Shown here piece by piece: positions 57,975 to 64,000 of a stretch of 64,000 nucleotides of DNA. The notes beneath the pieces were generated by a model. The model made no database searches. It was given only the letters and a program-made list of their open reading frames with translations, and was not told the DNA's origin. The stretch lies in assembly GCA_029060305.1 (NCBI GenBank), contig JAIDUG010000054.1:38612-102611 (forward strand). The letters run 5' to 3'. This DNA is from Ruminococcus sp. (lineage in GTDB: Bacteria > Bacillota > Clostridia > Oscillospirales > Ruminococcaceae). Positions within the stretch are counted from its first letter, which is position 1, and each line of letters begins with the position of its first letter. Position numbers and translations under genes: made by a program.

Positions 57975-59195
57975 ATGGAAAAAAGAGGCATAAGCAAACT
58001 TGATTTGAAGAGACGAAACAGAATGCAGATTCTGAGAGTAATCCGTGAGTCAGGACCTATTTCAAGGGTTGACGTTGCGAGTGAACTCGAAATTACTCGT
58101 GCGGCGGTTACGATTATTACCAATGAAATGATTGAAGAAGATGTCCTGACTGAAATCGGTGAAGCTCCGGTAAATATGGAGAAACTTCAGAAAGGCAGAA
58201 GAAAGATTCTCATTGATATAAATGTAAATAGTCGTTTCGCACTCGGTGCTACTGTTGACGAAAAAGAAGTGACTGTCGGTCTTACAAATCTCAATTCTGA
58301 TATTCTCGACAAGTCCGGTATGCTTATTGACGAAAGAACAACAAGCAAGGATATTATAAACTACATAATCAAAGCAAGCAACGAAATGATTAACAACAGT
58401 TGTCTTACAAAAGATAAGATTCTCGGACTTGGTGTTGGTGTTGTGCCGTCAATGTGGGGTAAACTTAAGATTTTTTATAAAGACGGTATTCTTGATTTCA
58501 GCAACTTCATTGACAAGTTAAAATCAGGTCTTGACGTTGATGTCCAATGCGGAAATGCGATAGGTCTTATGGCACTTGCAAATAATGATTTCAGAACTCA
58601 GAACGGCTATCAGACAAATCAGGCTTTCATATGCTGTGGCAATCAGATTAACCTTGCTATCGTAAACAAGAATGAGCTTTCAAGTGATTACATATCTTAT
58701 ACTTCCACAATCGAAAAGTATATAGTCGTTCCTAACGGTAAATCTTTTGACGGTTATCCTAACGGTTCTGTAAAGGCAGAGTTGTCAAAACAGGCTATTC
58801 TCGGTGATTTATATGAAATATATTCCAAAGAAAAAACTCCTGTATTGTACGAGCTTACAGACGGCGACAAGTCTAATATTGATACAAATAATGTTTTTAT
58901 GGCACTTGTGAGAGGTGAGGAATCTGTTAAAAATGTTGTTGATAGTATCATTGCAAAGTATGCTGTACTTATAAATAACCTTTCAATAAGTCATTTTGCT
59001 AAAAAGATAGTCCTTCATAATTTCGGACTTACTGAAAAGCAGTTTGATTATGTCAAGAAGGAAATGGGACGCATTATCAGTGACGAAATTGCCGACAGAG
59101 TGGTACTCAGCAGACTTGAGGGAAAAAATAATTTCCTTGGTGGCTGTTCGCTTATTATTCAGAATAACTTCTACACAAAGGGCGGTATACGCTGA
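57975..59195 (+). CDS. ROK-family transcriptional regulator
   Basis: N-terminal HTH NR..IL..IRESGPISRVDVA.EL.ITRAAVT.I...GRRKI; ROK-like body with LGLGVG; sugar/Zn motifs degenerate. Confidence 0.85.
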   Translation: MEKRGISKLDLKRRNRMQILRVIRESGPISRVDVASELEITRAAVTIITNEMIEEDVLTEIGEAPVNMEKLQKGRRKILIDINVNSRFALGATVDEKEVTVGLTNLNSDILDKSGMLIDERTTSKDIINYIIKASNEMINNSCLTKDKILGLGVGVVPSMWGKLKIFYKDGILDFSNFIDKLKSGLDVDVQCGNAIGLMALANNDFRTQNGYQTNQAFICCGNQINLAIVNKNELSSDYISYTSTIEKYIVVPNGKSFDGYPNGSVKAELSKQAILGDLYEIYSKEKTPVLYELTDGDKSNIDTNNVFMALVRGEESVKNVVDSIIAKYAVLINNLSISHFAKKIVLHNFGLTEKQFDYVKKEMGRIISDEIADRVVLSRLEGKNNFLGGCSLIIQNNFYTKGGIR

Positions 59196-59218
59196 TTCAA
59201 AATAATTGTATTTATATT

Positions 59219-59250
59219 CCGGCAGGTTATAAAACCTGTCGGATTTTTTT
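59219..59250 (+). terminator. Intrinsic terminator
   Basis: TCCGGCAGGTT-ataa-AACCTGTCGGA-TTTTTTT. Confidence 0.8.
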
Positions 59251-59315
59251 ATTGCATAAAAAACAGTAATTTTTTCGGACAACATTGAATATACATTGAA
59301 AAAAGGAGTGATAAT

Positions 59316-59615
59316 ATGGAAACAGAAAAAACAGCAGAGGTAAATGAAGATATAGAAATTGTGGATATTGCAGACGAATGTGAAGACAATACAGAAGAAC
59401 TTCTTGAAAAATATGACCGCCGTTCCAAACGCAAGGCTGATGACGTTCCTGCAATGCAGATGGTAGTGTGTATTATAACAGCCGTGCTTATATTCGGACT
59501 TAACGCTTTCTATCCGGAAATAGGAGGGGATATTTTCAGAAAACTAAACGATATGGTATTTTCCGGAAAAGAACTTTTCCCGAATCCCATAGACCTTATC
59601 ACTGAATTGTTTTGA
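59316..59615 (+). CDS. Small acidic single-TM protein, SpoIVFA-N-terminus-like
   Basis: AAGGAG RBS; acidic N-terminus, QMVVCIITAVLIFGL TM; stop overlaps the M50 start. Confidence 0.65.
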   Translation: METEKTAEVNEDIEIVDIADECEDNTEELLEKYDRRSKRKADDVPAMQMVVCIITAVLIFGLNAFYPEIGGDIFRKLNDMVFSGKELFPNPIDLITELF

Positions 59616-60172
59616 AAAGTCTGATAATAAAGAACACTGAATACAGTGTGAAATTTTCGTTTCTTGTTTTCAACGCCCTGATTTTTCTGCTGAGAGACAA
59701 CGATATTATTATGGATTTCTATGCGGTATGCCTTATTCACGAAACAGGACATCTTTTTGCAATAGCAGTTACAGGTGGAAAAGTGAAGTCGGTTGTTTTC
59801 GGTGGTACGGGTGTTATCATCACTCCGGAAAAAAATTCACGTCACGAGCTTTTCATAATGCTTGCCGGAGCAGGTGCAAATCTGATTGTTTTTTTCGTTA
59901 TGCTGTTTTCGGGAATCGACGGAAGTTTCCGTCTGCTGAATCTTGCAACCGCTGTATATAATCTGCTCCCTTACCGACAGCTTGACGGAGGTTCTGCATT
60001 GTGCATACTCACGGACGGTACACCTTATGAACGTACAATAAATACCGTTCTTACAACAGTGAAAATATTATTTTCCGTTATATTGCTTGCGGTGACTGTA
60101 ATTTATAGCCGTGAATTTCTGCCGTTGTTTATAGTTTCCGTGATGTTGTTTGTTTATGAAAGAGGAATCTGA
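59612..60172 (+). CDS. Site-2 (M50) intramembrane metalloprotease, SpoIVFB-like
   Basis: IHETGH (HExxH), LAGAGAN, NLLP..QLDGG; TTG start. Confidence 0.85.
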   Translation: MKSLIIKNTEYSVKFSFLVFNALIFLLRDNDIIMDFYAVCLIHETGHLFAIAVTGGKVKSVVFGGTGVIITPEKNSRHELFIMLAGAGANLIVFFVMLFSGIDGSFRLLNLATAVYNLLPYRQLDGGSALCILTDGTPYERTINTVLTTVKILFSVILLAVTVIYSREFLPLFIVSVMLFVYERGI

Positions 60173-61302
60173 TGAAAAAAATTTTTATAATAATGATATT
60201 AGCGTGTACTTCGTGCAGTGTGAAAGGAAGTTCCGGACAGGAAACAGAACCTACTTCATATATGCAGGAAATTGAACATCTTCATATTAATGACAGAAAT
60301 TATATTCCGGTAAACTATGATTATCAGATAGGAATGTGGTTTCCGTATATGCATTTTGAGGACTATATGTACGGTAAAAACTCTTCTGAATTTCGTTCCG
60401 CTGTACATGAAAAATTTCTGTCCGCACAGGCAGAAAATGTAAATACAATATATTTGCACGTTCACCCTTGCGGAGACGCTTACTATAAATCGGAAATTTT
60501 CCCTGTCGGAGTTTACCTTAACGGCGAATACGACCCTCTGAAAATAATGATTGAAGAAGCTCACGATATGGGACTTTCGGTACACGCTTGGATTAATCCT
60601 TTGCGTCTTCAGACGGTTGAACAGATGCAGAATCTTCCGGAAGACTTCATAGTAAAGCAGTGGACGGAAAATCCGGAAAGTCATTTTGCGGAAATCGTCA
60701 ACAACCGCTGGTATCTTAATCCTGCTTACGACGAAACGATAAATCTTGTATGTTCGGGAATCGAGGAAATAATAACTCATTACGACGTTGACGGAATACA
60801 GATTGACGACTATTTCTATCCGACTACTGAAACGTATTTTGACAGTACAGCTTTTTCGGAAAGCGGAAGTACAGACCTTGCGGAATGGCGTATGGAAAAC
60901 TGTACAAGGCTTGTAAAGTCAATATATGATACAGTAAACAGATATAATATACCTTTCGGGATAAGTCCGCAGGGAAATATAGAATCGGACTATTCCACGC
61001 AGTATGCTGACGTAAGATTATGGGCTTCAGAAAAAGGTTATTGTGATTATATTATACCTCAGATATATTTCGGTTTCAAGAATGAAACCTGTCCTTTTGC
61101 CCGAACACTGTCCGAATGGGAAAGCATAACTTCCGATAACGTAAAATTGGTTATTGGTCTGGGAGCTTATAAACTCGGACAGGCGGATATGTGGGCAGGA
61201 GTTGCCGGAGAGAATGAGTGGCTTGAAAATCCGAATATAATAAATCAGCAGATTGAGCTTGTAAAATCTTCGACTGCTGATGGTTATGCACTTTACTATT
61301 AA
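60172..61302 (+). CDS. GHL10/DUF187 glycoside hydrolase-like lipoprotein
   Basis: Lipobox-like ACTSC; HVHPCGDAYYKS, AH.MGLSVHAWINP, VDGIQIDDYFYP, DYIIPQIY; TGATG overlap with the M50 gene. Confidence 0.85.
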   Translation: MKKIFIIMILACTSCSVKGSSGQETEPTSYMQEIEHLHINDRNYIPVNYDYQIGMWFPYMHFEDYMYGKNSSEFRSAVHEKFLSAQAENVNTIYLHVHPCGDAYYKSEIFPVGVYLNGEYDPLKIMIEEAHDMGLSVHAWINPLRLQTVEQMQNLPEDFIVKQWTENPESHFAEIVNNRWYLNPAYDETINLVCSGIEEIITHYDVDGIQIDDYFYPTTETYFDSTAFSESGSTDLAEWRMENCTRLVKSIYDTVNRYNIPFGISPQGNIESDYSTQYADVRLWASEKGYCDYIIPQIYFGFKNETCPFARTLSEWESITSDNVKLVIGLGAYKLGQADMWAGVAGENEWLENPNIINQQIELVKSSTADGYALYY

Positions 61303-61333
61303 AAAAACGTCCGGAGTAATTTTCCGGACGTTC
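61301..61333. terminator. Bidirectional terminator
   Basis: AACGTCCGGA-gtaattt-TCCGGACGTT. Confidence 0.8.
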
Positions 61334-61349
61334 TGTAGTTATAGTGAAA

Positions 61350-62567
61350 TCATGTGAGCAGGTCAAGAGAAAGTTTTCTTGAATCAATGTCGTAATAGTC
61401 GCCGAGTTCTGCAATATAGAATCGGAAGCACACTTTTCCGTTGAAAGTCATTATATCACCTTCGTCAGATACTCCGAGTTCCGCAAGCTGTTCGTCATTG
61501 AGTTCATTGAGATATATTGTATGATTTTTTTCTACACTAAATTGTTTCATTTCTTTTTCCGTAAGTTCGCTGAAATAGATATTTCCGACGGAATCTTCAT
61601 GGTTTGCTAAAAGTTCAGCATCAGGATTGAGTACGTAATATCTGTCGCCCTCTTTTCCTATTCCGAAATACGCAAGCTGATTTGTATTCATATTATCAAG
61701 TGGGAGCGGGTCAACGTCGTGTGCAGTTTTTCCGATAGCGAATTTATCTTCTGCTTCAATGTCGGACATTGAAATATTCAGTTTTGAATCGAATGTATAT
61801 CCGAATTTTTCAAGTTCTTCGTCAGTGACAGTAAATGCTATCTTGTCCGAAATCTTGTTAAGCTGTTTTGTAATATCCTCACGGAACTGTGTTTCCCACT
61901 GTAAATCAATATTTTCTGCGATAGGTCTTTCAATGTGAACCGCACGTTCCATATTTTTGAGAGTAAAAGTAACCATAGGGTTTTCGTTATTGAAGAATGA
62001 TACATCAGCATAGTTCGGCTCAACATAAACTGTTGTACTGCCGTTTGAGCTGTCCTCTGTATTTACTACTCTGTAACGATATTTTCCTGAAGGTGATATA
62101 CCGGATTCGATTACGGTTTCTTTAGCCGTTGCCATAAAAAATGACGTAAACAGGAAGTAACCCAATGCACCGAATATATAAAGCAGGATTGTTATAGTAC
62201 CCCATGCTGTCTTAGCACCCTCTCCGGCACCGGAAAACAGTAATATTGATGCTCCTGTAATCATAATCGGAAGTATTATTGACCATTCACCGAAATAAAG
62301 TATAACCACAGGTAGCATTGCAGGTAGTATTACGAAACTTGCTATTCGTGTAATTAACTGTCTGCGTGTATAAAGCATTACAATAAGTGCTATGATTGAT
62401 ATGCCTGAAGTGAGCAGGCACACCGATACACTTGACGTTATATGTATATCGTAGAAAATTGCATAGTAGCAGAGATAACATACAAGATAAGCATAGCCCG
62501 CACTTATAAGAGCCATTACTCTTTTTGTCCATACGTTTGATAAAAAATTTTTCATTGAAGCCTCCAA
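61350..62567 (-). CDS. Hypothetical membrane protein (~5 N-terminal TM + extracellular acidic domain)
   Basis: Long clean ORF, hydrophobic N-terminal third; no family recognised. Confidence 0.75.
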   Translation of the reverse strand: MEASMKNFLSNVWTKRVMALISAGYAYLVCYLCYYAIFYDIHITSSVSVCLLTSGISIIALIVMLYTRRQLITRIASFVILPAMLPVVILYFGEWSIILPIMITGASILLFSGAGEGAKTAWGTITILLYIFGALGYFLFTSFFMATAKETVIESGISPSGKYRYRVVNTEDSSNGSTTVYVEPNYADVSFFNNENPMVTFTLKNMERAVHIERPIAENIDLQWETQFREDITKQLNKISDKIAFTVTDEELEKFGYTFDSKLNISMSDIEAEDKFAIGKTAHDVDPLPLDNMNTNQLAYFGIGKEGDRYYVLNPDAELLANHEDSVGNIYFSELTEKEMKQFSVEKNHTIYLNELNDEQLAELGVSDEGDIMTFNGKVCFRFYIAELGDYYDIDSRKLSLDLLT

Positions 62568-62743
62568 AATTGGTAATATTCAAAAACCATATTGTTTCAT
62601 ACAGTATATTATATCATTTTCCTTAAAAACTTACAAGGTATTTTGTGGAAATTAAGAAAAAATAAATTTTTTCGGAAACTGCTTTACAAAGTGTACAAAA
62701 GAATGTATAATTGTTATTAAAATAAATAGAAAAGAGTGAGAGC

Positions 62744-63229
62744 ATGAAAAAATATATATTTATAACAGGTACTGTATTGGTTATGGTTTTGATATTCTGT
62801 TTTTCTATGGAAAATTCGTCCGAATCTTTGCACAGGAGCGGGGGAATAACTGATTTTATTATGAAAACCTTTATACGTGGCTATCAGGATATGTCAGATT
62901 CAGAAAAAGAATCATTTCTGAAAGATGCTGATTATATTATCCGGAAACTTGCACATTTTTCTATTTATACAGTGCTTGGATTTCTTGTTTCTTCTGCTGT
63001 CGGCAGACGTAAACTTTTCAGTACCGGAAGTCTGATAACAGTTACATTTGGTTTTCTGTATGCCTGTTCGGACGAATTGCACCAGTATTTTGTGTCGGGA
63101 CGTTCATGTCGTTTTTCTGATGTCATAATAGATACCGGAGGAGTTATTGCCGGAATAATTATCTCAATGGCAGTATTCCGCATTTTGAGTGCTTTTAAAC
63201 ATAAATCGTCTGATTCTCCCCTCCGGTAA
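62744..63229 (+). CDS. VanZ-family membrane protein
   Basis: IRKLAHFSIY..LG, YACSDELHQYFV.GR...FSDV.IDT. Confidence 0.9.
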   Translation: MKKYIFITGTVLVMVLIFCFSMENSSESLHRSGGITDFIMKTFIRGYQDMSDSEKESFLKDADYIIRKLAHFSIYTVLGFLVSSAVGRRKLFSTGSLITVTFGFLYACSDELHQYFVSGRSCRFSDVIIDTGGVIAGIIISMAVFRILSAFKHKSSDSPLR

Positions 63230-63243
63230 AGAGGGGATTTTTT

Positions 63244-63999
63244 TCAGCGTGCAGTTGTTGCCGTCGTTGTACCTGATGAGGTAGTTGTACTATAGGAAGA
63301 TGATGTCTGACTTCCTGTACGTGTGCCTGTTGACGTACCTGTACCGGAAGAAGTTCCCGTACCTGTACCTGTCGTGCTTGTGGACGTACCTGTTGTAGTA
63401 GTAGTAACCTGTGCAAATGGGTCTGCACCCTCGTCAGGAAGAATTGCCGTAGGTTCAACACCGTTCAGACCATAGCATTTCTGATATTCAAGAATTATAT
63501 CACGTATCATATATTTTGAATATTCACCGCCCTCGATAACGCCTGCAAAAGCTATTTCAGGGTCGTCAGCAGGAGCAAATCCTATAAAGAATGAGTTCTG
63601 TTTGCTGAGGTCATTCTGGTCGGTCTGTGGAGTACCGGTCTTTATTGCAACGTCAAAACCAAGGTTTGAAAGTGAATATCTGTACACCGGTACGTTATGT
63701 GAAGCGTCAATCATACCGCTTATAATCGGGTCGTAAAGATAGTCGTATGCAAGGTCTATTTTTTCTGCAACAGTCGGCTGAGTTTTGTAAATAAGTTCGT
63801 TAGTGCCGTATTTATACAGACCGTCAACAAGATACGGTTTATAACGTACTCCACGGTTGGCGATAGTATTTGCAACAACTGCCATCTGCAAAGGTGTCAT
63901 ACCGCAGTCATAGTTACCGATACCTGCCTGAATGACAAATCCGACATACCACGGCTGACCACGTTCAGCGAAAGTTTCGGGATTACAGAGGAATCCTGC
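63244..63999 (-). CDS. Class B penicillin-binding protein (transpeptidase), C-terminal part; 5' end outside the window
   Basis: Frame open to the edge (W.VG..IQAGIGN...TPLQMA), KTGT motif, FIGFAPADDPEIA; Thr/Gly/Ser-rich tail. Confidence 0.9.
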   Translation of the reverse strand, partial: AGFLCNPETFAERGQPWYVGFVIQAGIGNYDCGMTPLQMAVVANTIANRGVRYKPYLVDGLYKYGTNELIYKTQPTVAEKIDLAYDYLYDPIISGMIDASHNVPVYRYSLSNLGFDVAIKTGTPQTDQNDLSKQNSFFIGFAPADDPEIAFAGVIEGGEYSKYMIRDIILEYQKCYGLNGVEPTAILPDEGADPFAQVTTTTTGTSTSTTGTGTGTSSGTGTSTGTRTGSQTSSSYSTTTSSGTTTATTAR

Positions 64000-64000
64000 T

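Noticed and set aside
62744-63229. Glycopeptide resistance locus (vanZ)
   Set aside because: A lone VanZ-family gene with no van cluster genes; such homologs are widespread.
1699-63461. Numerous 60-240 aa ORFs antisense or out of frame within long genes (e.g. 47738-48466, 43100-43591, 60256-60780, 22311-22829)
   Set aside because: Shadow ORFs of well-supported genes; no RBS and no recognisable motifs.
1-64000. rRNA, tRNA, prophage, IS or integrase
   Set aside because: No cloverleaf or rRNA signatures, transposase/integrase motifs or terminal inverted repeats with target duplications were seen by eye.

Overview
64 kb of an AT-rich Firmicute chromosome. Modular dockerin-bearing CAZymes and the gene content point to a cellulosome-producing Ruminococcus (R. 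flavefaciens/champanellensis-like; the taxon is inferred). In order: a cobalamin riboswitch ahead of a secreted alpha-barrel protein (runs off the left edge); five cellulosomal enzymes (GH43_4-type arabinanase, PL1, CBM4-GH9-Doc-GH16, GH9-CBM3c, PL11) with yfhO and an AraC regulator; a kinase-[FeFe]-hydrogenase pair with a Rex-like operator; a redox operon (two iron-sulfur flavoproteins, ECF S-component, Fe-S aldo/keto reductase, DUF1893); sporulation genes (ylbJ-yqfC-yqfD, spoIIQ-like, spoIVFB-like); pspA plus an unannotated 53-aa membrane protein; an ABC-F; a SCIFF/ranthipeptide locus; rpoBC; purA, pflA, cca and other housekeeping genes; and a partial PBP at the right edge. The most striking observation is the ranthipeptide operon: a Zn-ribbon/TPR/TIR/4-TM protein with an intact catalytic-type Glu sits between the 45-aa SCIFF precursor (missed by the ORF track) and its radical SAM maturase, followed by two tightly coupled unknown genes. 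Other notable items are a Cys-rich ~50-aa insertion in RpoC, a long acidic RpoB tail, face-to-face consensus promoters with a candidate ~120-nt antisense RNA at the rpoB promoter, and an anti-SD leader on an orphan solute-binding lipoprotein gene. No rRNA, tRNA, CRISPR array, transposase or integrase was seen. All family calls come from motif recognition by eye; no database search was run.
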